From: Eubacterium sp.
GTDB lineage: Bacteria; Bacillota; Clostridia; Lachnospirales; Lachnospiraceae
DNA: 64,000 nucleotides
Direction of reading: 5' to 3'
Assembly (NCBI GenBank): GCA_045629925.1
Contig: JAZQSD010000091.1
Coordinates: 547 to 64,546 of the forward strand
The position numbers and the translations under genes are program-made. The notes beneath the pieces are model-generated. The model saw nothing but the letters and a program-made list of their open reading frames with translations. It did no database searches and was not told the DNA's origin. The stretch's first letter is position 1. Every line of letters begins with the position of its first letter. Positions 44,074 to 52,843 of this stretch are shown one piece after another.

Positions 44074-45141
44074 ATGAAAAAAATTGTTATGACCGGTGGC
44101 GGTACTGCAGGTCACGTTACCCCAAATATCGCACTGTTTCCAAGATTGTTAGAAATGGGATATGACATTCACTATATTGGTTCTCACACAGGAATCGAAA
44201 AGCAGCTCATCGAAGATCAGGGCATCAAATATTACGGCATTTCCTCTGGAAAATTACGTCGTTACTTTGACCCAAAGAACTTTTCTGACCCTGCCAAAGT
44301 AGTGAAAGGCTATTTCCAGGCAAGACAGTTATTGAAAAAGATCAAACCAGATATTGTTTTTTCAAAAGGTGGTTTTGTTTCGGTTCCAGTTGTACTTGCG
44401 GCAAAACATTCAGGTATTCCTGTTATCATTCACGAATCAGACATTACACCAGGCCTTGCAAACAAACTTGCAATCCCTGCAGCCAGCAAAGTATGCTGTA
44501 ACTTCCCTGAAACATTAAAGCATCTGCCAGAAGACAAAGCCGTACTGACAGGCTCTCCAATCCGCCAGGAACTTTTCTCCGGCTCAAAAGAAAAAGCTCT
44601 GCAGTTTACTGGATTATCTGGCACAAAACCTGTTCTTTTAATCATGGGTGGCAGTACTGGTTCCAAGTTTATTAACGAAACTGTTCGACGCCAGTTACCT
44701 GTAATCCTTGCAGATTACGATGTGATCCATCTTTGCGGCAAAGACAATTTGGATCCTACATTAAATCAGCAGGCCGGATACATGCAGTACGAATATATCA
44801 GCCAGGAACTTCCAGATCTTCTGGCATTGGCAGACATTGTTGTATCAAGAGCTGGTGCAAACGCCATCTGCGAACTTTTAGCATTAAAGAAACCTAATAT
44901 CTTGATTCCTTTATCTGCTTCAGCTAGCCGTGGCGATCAGATCCTCAACGCAAAATCTTTTGCAAAACAGGGATTTAGCTATGTTTTAGATGAAGATACC
45001 CTTACAGATCAGCAGTTATTGGATGCACTCAAAACTGTTGGAAAGAAAAAAACTCAGTACATAGCAGCTATGAACGAAAGTAAACAGATGAATCCAATCA
45101 ATACAATTTTAGAATTAATCGTAAAAACAGCAAAAAAATAA
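44074..45141 (+). CDS. murG: Undecaprenyldiphospho-muramoylpentapeptide GlcNAc transferase
   Basis: [23 protein letters not shown] and DQ..NA motifs. Confidence 0.96.
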   Translation: MKKIVMTGGGTAGHVTPNIALFPRLLEMGYDIHYIGSHTGIEKQLIEDQGIKYYGISSGKLRRYFDPKNFSDPAKVVKGYFQARQLLKKIKPDIVFSKGGFVSVPVVLAAKHSGIPVIIHESDITPGLANKLAIPAASKVCCNFPETLKHLPEDKAVLTGSPIRQELFSGSKEKALQFTGLSGTKPVLLIMGGSTGSKFINETVRRQLPVILADYDVIHLCGKDNLDPTLNQQAGYMQYEYISQELPDLLALADIVVSRAGANAICELLALKKPNILIPLSASASRGDQILNAKSFAKQGFSYVLDEDTLTDQQLLDALKTVGKKKTQYIAAMNESKQMNPINTILELIVKTAKK

Positions 45142-45165
45142 TCGCCTATTGGCGATTATTTTTTT
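45132..45165. terminator. Bidirectional terminator between murG and HIT gene
   Basis: A7-TAATCGCC-TATT-GGCGATTA-T7. Confidence 0.75.
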
Positions 45166-45192
45166 ATATCCATTCTCTATTTTTTACGCTTC

Positions 45193-45612
45193 TTATTTGC
45201 AAGCTGCAGCTAACGCTTCATAAACGCTCTGCTTCTCTTCATCTGTAAGTTCTGCATGATTCCATGTAATAAAATCATTACCATTCTCATATCGTGGAAT
45301 CAAATGCATATGGAAGTGAAATACAGTCTGTCCTGCTGCCGCTCCATTGTTCTGCACAATATTTAATCCATCACAGCCAAGAGCTTCCACCATTTTTGGA
45401 GCTAATTTCTTAGCTAAAACAAAAGCTGCTGCCGCTGTATCTTCTGGCAATTCGTAAACATTTGCATAGTGATCTTTTGGCAAGATTAACGCATGCCCTT
45501 TAGATGCTGGACAAGCATCCATAATCACCGCAAACATGTCATCTTCATAAATCATATTTGTTGGAATATCGCCATTTGCTAATTTACAAAAAATGCAATT
45601 ATTATCTTTCAT
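45193..45612 (-). CDS. HIT family nucleotide hydrolase
   Basis: CIFC and QTVFHFHMHLIPR histidine triad. Confidence 0.93.
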   Translation of the reverse strand: MKDNNCIFCKLANGDIPTNMIYEDDMFAVIMDACPASKGHALILPKDHYANVYELPEDTAAAAFVLAKKLAPKMVEALGCDGLNIVQNNGAAAGQTVFHFHMHLIPRYENGNDFITWNHAELTDEEKQSVYEALAAACK

Positions 45613-45696
45613 TGGTTTTCATGCGGCACAAGGCGCCGCTTTCCTCCTGATTAAATTTATTATCTATTAACAGTATAATTTTTACATATCCAAAAA

Positions 45697-46329
45697 TCAA
45701 TATGGGCAAGTTTTCTTTCTGTACAAAATAATCCCCAAGACAAAGCCGGCTAACAATCCACCCACGTGAGCAGCATTGTCAACGCCTACAGATGTAAAAC
45801 CAAAGTAAAGCGATAATACAATCATTACCACAAAACGCGTAATAGAAAGCCCCTCAAATCTTCCTCTGTTGCGAATAAGCATCCACAACAAAGCTCCTAT
45901 AATTCCAAACACTACACCAGAGGCACCGAGAGACCAGGCGATATCTCCTGCTGCAATCATCCAGCCAGCCGATATCATACTGCTTACTAAACCAGACAGG
46001 AAATAAAAAATAAGATATTTTACTTTCCCTAAGGATCGTTCTAAATAGCTCCCCAAACAAACCAACAACAACATGTTATTAAACAAATGATGGATATCCG
46101 AATGCAGAAATGTACAAGTGATCAAACGATACCACTGCCCCGTCAACACCGCAGGAGGAAACAAGGCCCCTGCTATAACAATGTAATCCGTTCCGCCAAA
46201 TCTAGCCATTATATCGGACACAAAAAACATCACAACATTGATAATGACCAATGTTATATTTACAGGTGTTATGTATGGATTCCTGCCGTTTCCAGCATTA
46301 TAGTTAACCGTATTATTTTCCATTGCCAA
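45697..46329 (-). CDS. Rhomboid intramembrane serine protease
   Basis: WYRL, HLFNNM, GASG and AHVGG motifs. Confidence 0.92.
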   Translation of the reverse strand: MAMENNTVNYNAGNGRNPYITPVNITLVIINVVMFFVSDIMARFGGTDYIVIAGALFPPAVLTGQWYRLITCTFLHSDIHHLFNNMLLLVCLGSYLERSLGKVKYLIFYFLSGLVSSMISAGWMIAAGDIAWSLGASGVVFGIIGALLWMLIRNRGRFEGLSITRFVVMIVLSLYFGFTSVGVDNAAHVGGLLAGFVLGIILYRKKTCPY

Positions 46330-46444
46330 GCACTTCTTTCATCTTTTCTCTCATATTAATATCTCAAAAGATGATAGCACCTTAACATGTTTATTTCTCC
46401 TCTGTCAAATAAACTCTTTATGAAACCAAACAAACGCTGCCAGA

Positions 46445-47557
46445 TTACCCAAACAGAAATTCTTCTGTCGCAAAGCAAATCATATCCATCTTTTCTAATT
46501 TTACTGGATCTCGATAAAAAAGTTCCTTTCCGTTTACAAATGTTCCATTGGTAGAATTCAAATCTTCTATATAATAAGAACCTTCTTTTCGAAATATTCT
46601 GGCATGAATTCTGCTCACAGTATCAGCCTGAAGAATCCCCTGGGCCTTTTCCGTATCTTTTCCTATTACGAACACATCTCCTTCCAAAACAAAATTCTCT
46701 TCTTTTCCACTTCCTTGGTAAATTAATTTCCCATATTCCACTTCTTTGTTCGTTTTTAAGAAAACAGTTGGAGTTTCACGAACAATCGGTTCAGCAACCT
46801 GCTGACACCCCTGCAATTCTTTCAATATCTCCTCATAATCTTTTGACTTGGAAAAAACTTTCTTTTTCTTAATTTTTATGGTTTTCCTGTTCATGCGCCC
46901 CTTTTTCACACCGCGAGAAACATCCTCATCAACAATAGGCCAATCATCAGCATTCTCCGATATCGGCTGCATGGTTTCTGCTATTAAGCCTGATTCAGAT
47001 TCATTCTCCTCTTTAGACAAGGGCAAGATAATGCATCCCAAAAGTTCTTTTGCCGAACAACTTTCCTGAATACTCTTTTCATAAAAATCGTACCCCATCT
47101 TGACAGCATCCCTGTCTTTGTGATCTATCTTTGTAAGCAGATACTCCGCCAACAGTTGTATACCCATTCCTCCTTGGGTTTTCAATCCTGGAAGATAGCA
47201 AAATTTATACTTCTCATCATTTCTATCATAATATATCCATTCCGGAAGATAAGACACATTCTCACCATCCAGCATATAATCTTCTAACTGATAATTCATA
47301 TCATAAATATCTTCTATGATACGTCTTAATTTTGTTCTATCCATAGAAAACAATTCCATCATGGTTCCTAAAGATGTGGTTCCCGTAATGTCATACCAGT
47401 ACTCCAGTTTCCCATTGCTGATAATAATTTGCAATTCTAATAACCCCGGCACTTTATTATTCAACAACATTAGCAGTTCCGAATTCTCATACTGATATTC
47501 TGCATCTTTAATAATCATATAACTTCCTGTTAAGTTTCTAATATACTCTACCTTCAT
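46445..47557 (-). CDS. DUF6382-like N-terminal domain plus C-terminal FHA domain (Tad locus)
   Basis: IGK...VSRIHA...IEDLNSTNGTFVNG FHA signature; N-terminal ML..N..PGLL and YDITG. Confidence 0.82.
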   Translation of the reverse strand: MKVEYIRNLTGSYMIIKDAEYQYENSELLMLLNNKVPGLLELQIIISNGKLEYWYDITGTTSLGTMMELFSMDRTKLRRIIEDIYDMNYQLEDYMLDGENVSYLPEWIYYDRNDEKYKFCYLPGLKTQGGMGIQLLAEYLLTKIDHKDRDAVKMGYDFYEKSIQESCSAKELLGCIILPLSKEENESESGLIAETMQPISENADDWPIVDEDVSRGVKKGRMNRKTIKIKKKKVFSKSKDYEEILKELQGCQQVAEPIVRETPTVFLKTNKEVEYGKLIYQGSGKEENFVLEGDVFVIGKDTEKAQGILQADTVSRIHARIFRKEGSYYIEDLNSTNGTFVNGKELFYRDPVKLEKMDMICFATEEFLFG

Positions 47558-47580
47558 CCAAGTTCTCTCTTTGTCCTTTC

Positions 47581-47808
47581 TCAATTATTTATATCGCGGC
47601 CATACATTGCATTCACAGGATCTATCTCTTTTACTGCGACCTCTTGTTCCGCCAAGTCTATCACCTGATTGTGCAAACAAATTGCCAAGTGTAGAGCCCC
47701 TACGATTATCAAAATAACCAACGGCATGATCATTGATGCCTCCACCGTATACGATGCTCTCACTTTCCCAGAATATTTCCTCCGCCTCTTTCTATCACAA
47801 GTATCCAC
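47581..47808 (-). CDS. Short TadE-like minor pilin
   Basis: Basic leader, RA/SYTVE (E+5) and a hydrophobic helix. Confidence 0.7.
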   Translation of the reverse strand: MDTCDRKRRRKYSGKVRASYTVEASMIMPLVILIIVGALHLAICLHNQVIDLAEQEVAVKEIDPVNAMYGRDINN

Positions 47809-48254
47809 TACAACACACCCAGCCCAGCACCTTTCGTTTTTATAACCATAAACACCATATATCCCAACAAGTAAAAGACTATATTGGGAAGCAAGATTTC
47901 CCTGCTATTCCTGTTTAAAACACATATTACCAAAGCCATCCCTGCAGCCACCAAAGTACTAACAAAAAACACCACCAACGTATCTGCTAATCCTAACAAC
48001 CCACCTAGCGCCAAAAGCACCAAACCATCTCCACAGCCTATATGTTTTGGGAATATAAGGGATAGTATGACCAATACACTTCCTGGCAACAAACCAGCAA
48101 AAACATCTACTATTTTATATGCAGACACATTCAATAGCATATCCAGCATTGCTACTACAGCCATTCCAACAATCCAAATAATCCGAATCTGGCGTTCTCT
48201 TACATCCTCTATTGCAAGGATAACCAAAATAACAAATATCAATATCCACTTCAT
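47808..48254 (-). CDS. Prepilin peptidase (A24 family)
   Basis: ED...R.I and IGCGD aspartate motifs; hydrophobic; start moved to MKWIL. Confidence 0.78.
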   Translation of the reverse strand: MKWILIFVILVILAIEDVRERQIRIIWIVGMAVVAMLDMLLNVSAYKIVDVFAGLLPGSVLVILSLIFPKHIGCGDGLVLLALGGLLGLADTLVVFFVSTLVAAGMALVICVLNRNSREILLPNIVFYLLGYMVFMVIKTKGAGLGVL

Positions 48255-48255
48255 T

Positions 48256-49311
48256 TCAGTAACACTTTTGGCAAGGCGTTCGTCCCACAACATTTTTCTC
48301 AAGAACTCTTCTTATTGTTCTTTTTATACCACTGCAGTTCAAGGAATAATGATACTGGGTTCCGTAGTCAGTTACATATACTGTTTTCCCACTAGCATTT
48401 TCGGCGTTCATTATACAACCTTGACATTTATAGTAACGGCCCCCGTCTTTATTGCGCAGCGATCCCACCGATTGTTCAGAGACACTGACCAAGGACAAAT
48501 CAAGGTATGAGCAATGTACTCCACTGTGATAAACAGTTCCAAACGGAGCAATATACACCCATCTGTTATCGCCCGTTTGTCCACTACTCCGTCCTTTCCA
48601 GCGCCTTGCCGCTGCACTTTGGGATACCTCTAACACATCTTTTCCAAAGATATTCAAGGGCATTCTTATTGCATAATGAACAGTCAATCTAACATATTCA
48701 CCATCGCTTTCTCTGTCATTCATTTTAATACTTTGAAAACCACCCACAAATTCTTCATCCGTAGCCCCCTGTTTTTTTAACTCCTTTATCAGAATCTGTT
48801 TTCCCACTATTCCTTCAAGGATTTCATTTTCATTCATCAGCATTTCTGTCGCCAATGCAGATGCTGCATAGCTTAAAGCTTGATTCACCTTTATCTCTAC
48901 CGCCAATAGCTGAAATAGCCCCAGAAACAATACCAAAAAGAATATGATAAACGGAACAACAAAGGCCGCTTCCACAGTCATGGAACCTCTGCATCGGACA
49001 TGGAGCAGTGTTTTTGCAGAACTAGAGATAAAACCAGACGATTTTTTTGTGCGATGGGCTTTCGCACAACTAAAACAAATTAATTCATTTAAAGATTGGG
49101 TTATCTCTTTTTCTAAATTTAAGCAATATTTTGAGTGATGACTAATCAAATAATCATGTTGAGTATGCTTGAAACTCAAGCAATTCCTCCATTTGTAGAG
49201 AGAGTTTTTATTATCGTAATGTTGGGAAAGTTTTCTACTGTTTTTCAGTAGCTTGAAAGATAAACCTGATTTATATTTCTCTGTCATACAAAAACACTGC
49301 TCCATATCCAA
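48256..49311 (-). CDS. TadE-family minor pilin with long N-terminal leader and two C-terminal His/Cys motifs (start uncertain)
   Basis: RG/SMTVEAAFVVP class III signal with Gly at residue 109; YH....C..L and CxxC twice. Confidence 0.8.
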   Translation of the reverse strand: MDMEQCFCMTEKYKSGLSFKLLKNSRKLSQHYDNKNSLYKWRNCLSFKHTQHDYLISHHSKYCLNLEKEITQSLNELICFSCAKAHRTKKSSGFISSSAKTLLHVRCRGSMTVEAAFVVPFIIFFLVLFLGLFQLLAVEIKVNQALSYAASALATEMLMNENEILEGIVGKQILIKELKKQGATDEEFVGGFQSIKMNDRESDGEYVRLTVHYAIRMPLNIFGKDVLEVSQSAAARRWKGRSSGQTGDNRWVYIAPFGTVYHSGVHCSYLDLSLVSVSEQSVGSLRNKDGGRYYKCQGCIMNAENASGKTVYVTDYGTQYHYSLNCSGIKRTIRRVLEKNVVGRTPCQKCY

Positions 49312-49314
49312 TGC
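48991..49314 (-). other. 28-bp long-range inverted repeat (probable mRNA stem) enclosing the tadE 5' region
   Basis: Arms 49287-49314 and 48991-49018; 25 Watson-Crick plus 3 G-U pairs in the minus-strand transcript. Confidence 0.8.
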
Positions 49315-50717
49315 TATTCCTTTAAATAATTGGCCGAAAAAGGCTCCTTAAATTGATACCTGCTCACTTTTCCTCTTCCAATAGGCACAAAAGCAGAAAA
49401 CAGTGTATCGGCAGCGTAAGTTACTTGTCCATCTATCCTATACAGATGAGTATCCATCCTTGCTCCAGTATTTTTTTCTATCAAATCCATTGCCCTATAT
49501 GCCAAGACACTATCACTTTTTGACCACAGAAGAATCTGTAAATACTGTTGATAGTCATAGCCTTCCCGCTGTGATACAGAACGTTCTTTTCCGGCATTGG
49601 CTAATCCACCTAGATCGGTATTCCATTGTTCTTCTTTTTTTATCAGTGCTACATTATATCCATCAAGCAATAGCCGTATGTCTGATACAGACTCTGCATA
49701 TGCCCATGCAGCCGTAATTCCCGTTTTATACACAGGTATAAGTTCTGGCGACATAGTGGCAGCTGCCAGAGAAGTTGCCGCCGCAAGTATCAATTCCTGT
49801 TTTTCAACGCTACTTTTTAAATACTGCACATTCGAAACTTCTCTTATGACCAACAATTGGTTCAGTACACCTTGTAGATTTTTTCTGTCAGACTCTCGTC
49901 CGATTATTAAATATTCCATTTCATATGCAAGCGCCCCTTTATTTGTTGTCTTTGTATAGTCTGGAAAATATTGTCGCAAATACTGCCGAAACAATATCTT
50001 CTCTTTCCATGTATAATTTCCCAATTCATAGCAAATAGTTCCTTTCTGAATCGTTCGTTTACCAAGGGTACTATCTAGATCTAGCTCTTTTGGTGATATA
50101 TTCTCTTCTCCCACCAGCAATTCTAACAGTCCTTTTCGTTTCATATTGGTCACACAATCAATTGGATTTTCTTGCAGCACAAGCTCTTTTTGCGTCTCAT
50201 TAACCTCTACCTCATGCCCATTATCTTGACTCTTTTTTGTTGCAATTCCGTATAGCTCTTGAAGTTTTTCTTGTGTATAGTTGTTTTCTACAGCTTTTGA
50301 TGCCTGGTTGATAAAGGCCCATCCATTTTGATCTGTAACTAATCCATAGCCAGATATCACAACATCCTCTGCATGTATGCCAAACAGATTCCATGTAGAA
50401 ACAGAAATAGCTTCTGACTCGCCTCTGTACAGGTCAAGGTTCTCCGCCGAAAATATCTTCCCTCTTTCAGAAACCATATCTAAGCAGAGCTCTCTTTGTC
50501 CAAATCCTCCATCATACAGCAACAAACTATACTCGTCCCATAATTGTTTGTTATATTCAGACATAAGAGAATTTTTCATTATAATCGAATCAGTCTCCGC
50601 TCTTTGCTGCAACCCTTGCACTCTTGCAACCTCCAGGAACACAAATACTACCGACATTACAAAAATCAATATAAAAGCAAGAAAAATGGTTATACTGCCC
50701 GATACTTTTCTTTTCAC
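49314..50717 (-). CDS. Large pilin-like protein (DUF5702-like)
   Basis: SG/SITIF plus hydrophobic helix; YEMEYLI.G..SD..NL and WA.AES. Confidence 0.75.
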   Translation of the reverse strand: MKRKVSGSITIFLAFILIFVMSVVFVFLEVARVQGLQQRAETDSIIMKNSLMSEYNKQLWDEYSLLLYDGGFGQRELCLDMVSERGKIFSAENLDLYRGESEAISVSTWNLFGIHAEDVVISGYGLVTDQNGWAFINQASKAVENNYTQEKLQELYGIATKKSQDNGHEVEVNETQKELVLQENPIDCVTNMKRKGLLELLVGEENISPKELDLDSTLGKRTIQKGTICYELGNYTWKEKILFRQYLRQYFPDYTKTTNKGALAYEMEYLIIGRESDRKNLQGVLNQLLVIREVSNVQYLKSSVEKQELILAAATSLAAATMSPELIPVYKTGITAAWAYAESVSDIRLLLDGYNVALIKKEEQWNTDLGGLANAGKERSVSQREGYDYQQYLQILLWSKSDSVLAYRAMDLIEKNTGARMDTHLYRIDGQVTYAADTLFSAFVPIGRGKVSRYQFKEPFSANYLKE

Positions 50718-50881
50718 AATGTTCCTGCCTTTGATGAAATATTTGAAAACGCATTGTTTACCAATTCCGTTAATTGCTTTTTAAAAATCACTACCAAACC
50801 AATCAAAACCACTAAAACCAAAATAATTTCTACGACTCCGATTCCATCTTCTTCTCGAATAAATCGTCTTATTTCCCCCAT
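50714..50881 (-). CDS. Flp1-family major pilin (55 aa; not in ORF track)
   Basis: Manual translation MGEIRRFIREEDG/IGVVEIILVLVVLIGLVVIFKKQLTELVNNAFSNISSKAGTL; AGGAGG RBS; GTGA overlap with the next gene. Confidence 0.9.
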   Translation of the reverse strand: MGEIRRFIREEDGIGVVEIILVLVVLIGLVVIFKKQLTELVNNAFSNISSKAGTL

Positions 50882-50893
50882 AGTTCCCCCTCC

Positions 50894-52129
50894 TTAAAAA
50901 TTCTGTATCGCCGGATACATAACAGCGATTAATACCATTAAAAATAATAACAACATTGGAAACAGCAGCTTTGTGCCCGTTTCTTCTCCTTGTTTTCGAA
51001 CACTTCGTTTTTGGTCCTCCACTGCAATACCCGCTTCCACATCCAGCATCTCAACAATCTCTTTCGTTCCGTTTCTCATATTTTGCACAAGCAACGCCGA
51101 TAGTTTTCGGTACTGCGGAAGTCCCACTCTAACACCAAATTCTTCTATGGCAGATCTAATACTTACCCCCTCAGAGATCATCCTGTATGTAACCAGCATT
51201 TCTTCCAGATATAATGTTTTTTGCGCTTTCTTATCGTCTATATCTATCTGTTTTTGTAGATATTCTTTCACCATTCTTTCCCAAGCAGTTGTAATAGGCA
51301 TTCCCGCCCCCATCAGCAAAGATATCTGCGTTACCATATGTGGATATTCTTGTAGCAACATTTTTTCTCGTATCTTTTGTTGCTGTCTGTCAAATTGTTC
51401 CGATTGTTGACGAAGGCAAATGATTGCAACACCGCCTAACACTACAAGCACAAAAATGTTAGAATCTATCTTTTTTGACCAATGTATTTGTTCTCCCGCA
51501 ATCTCTTTCGGCAGAACAAATTTTTCCTGATCTCTTGTTTCTTTTTCTTCTTCTTGCACTACTTGAATGTACCGTTCCTCTCTGCTCTGTGTTATAGCAT
51601 CTTCAGGCTTTTTCACATTTACATAGCAGTTATATTCCACTTGTGTCTCTTGGCACAAAAAAGTAATCTCTAAAGCAACAAGTCGCCCTGATTCAGCCAC
51701 TGATTCAAGAGATACCGAGCCATCCTCCCAAACTATCAGCGGGGCATCACTGGTATATACGGCAGTTACCATCCCATCACAAAAACTGGACTGAAATACC
51801 AAGTCTTGCCAAACAGCATCTGCCGATTCATTTTCACCCAGATACGTTTGTTCAAACTCCAATATGGCTTTTTCTATCAATTCCTGGCATTGTTCCTCCG
51901 TAAGCTGCCTTGGAAACACAACCACATCAACATGCTGTTTTTCCCCGTTGTCAGTTCTTGCAACAAATGTCTCTTCATATATTTCCGACTGGACTGTTCC
52001 TCTATATATTCCATTTTGGATTTGATCATGGCTCTCTATCAGCTCTGCCGCAATAAACATAACCATCAAGAACACAATAGCCACTCCTGCAATCAACGCT
52101 TTTTTATTGTTATTCTTTTTTGATTTCAT
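50894..52129 (-). CDS. TadC-like (T2SS F family) membrane platform protein
   Basis: LLMGAGM, KQGEETGTKLLFPM; large extracytoplasmic N-terminal part. Confidence 0.8.
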   Translation of the reverse strand: MKSKKNNNKKALIAGVAIVFLMVMFIAAELIESHDQIQNGIYRGTVQSEIYEETFVARTDNGEKQHVDVVVFPRQLTEEQCQELIEKAILEFEQTYLGENESADAVWQDLVFQSSFCDGMVTAVYTSDAPLIVWEDGSVSLESVAESGRLVALEITFLCQETQVEYNCYVNVKKPEDAITQSREERYIQVVQEEEKETRDQEKFVLPKEIAGEQIHWSKKIDSNIFVLVVLGGVAIICLRQQSEQFDRQQQKIREKMLLQEYPHMVTQISLLMGAGMPITTAWERMVKEYLQKQIDIDDKKAQKTLYLEEMLVTYRMISEGVSIRSAIEEFGVRVGLPQYRKLSALLVQNMRNGTKEIVEMLDVEAGIAVEDQKRSVRKQGEETGTKLLFPMLLLFLMVLIAVMYPAIQNF

Positions 52130-52132
52130 TTA

Positions 52133-52843
52133 TCACGCACCTATCTTCATCATCCTTTTCGCTATAATCCATGCCATCAAATACATGGCAAGACAAATCG
52201 TCATAACGCATATGCCCACAGGCGTATGGTATAAAGGTTCTAAGAATTCCTTTGAACAAATTTTCAGATATCCAAGAATGGAAAATGGCAGCACATTCAT
52301 GATTGCAAGCTCCAATTTTCTAGATGCGATCGCCAACTGCACTTCTTCTTGTATTTGAAAATTCTGCCGAATCCTAGAAGCTGTCTGCCGCATAATAGCT
52401 GCCAGATTACCGCCACTTTTCCTGGCAAAATAAAACACTTCTGCAAATGTCTTTATCAGATCGGAATCGGTTTTTTGAGAAAAATCTAGCATCAACCTTT
52501 CCAACGGCTGATTAATCGCCACTCTCTGGTTCATATCTGCCAATGCACAACCATAGAAACTCCCTTTTCCAAACAACCGTTCCACTTCACATTGCATTTG
52601 TCTCCAGGCATTCTCCGCTGAGTATCCAGCTTCAAGAGCTCCCGCCGCAAAGAATAATCCCTCGCAAAACTGTTTTTCTAATTCATATTTGAATTTCTGT
52701 GCAGAAGCATCCCTGTATTCCCAAAGAAATAGCGGAAACACCAAAGCCACACTTAAAATTCCTGCCCAGGAGTCATAGAAAACCCAAGCCACAAGAAAGG
52801 TTACACAACCTGTCTTTCCTAACAGAGCACATTTTTCTCTCAT
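52133..52843 (-). CDS. TadB-like (T2SS F family) membrane protein
   Basis: LEAGYSAENA, KSGGNL and PLYHT..G motifs. Confidence 0.82.
   Translation of the reverse strand: MREKCALLGKTGCVTFLVAWVFYDSWAGILSVALVFPLFLWEYRDASAQKFKYELEKQFCEGLFFAAGALEAGYSAENAWRQMQCEVERLFGKGSFYGCALADMNQRVAINQPLERLMLDFSQKTDSDLIKTFAEVFYFARKSGGNLAAIMRQTASRIRQNFQIQEEVQLAIASRKLELAIMNVLPFSILGYLKICSKEFLEPLYHTPVGICVMTICLAMYLMAWIIAKRMMKIGA

Noticed and set aside
48991-49314. Reading the tadE inverted repeat as an IS or MITE
   Set aside because: No target-site duplication or transposase, and no second copy noticed in the window; the strand-specific G-U pairing and exact fit to the stop, start and cleavage-motif codons favour an RNA structure. 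It is not fully excluded without a genome-wide search.
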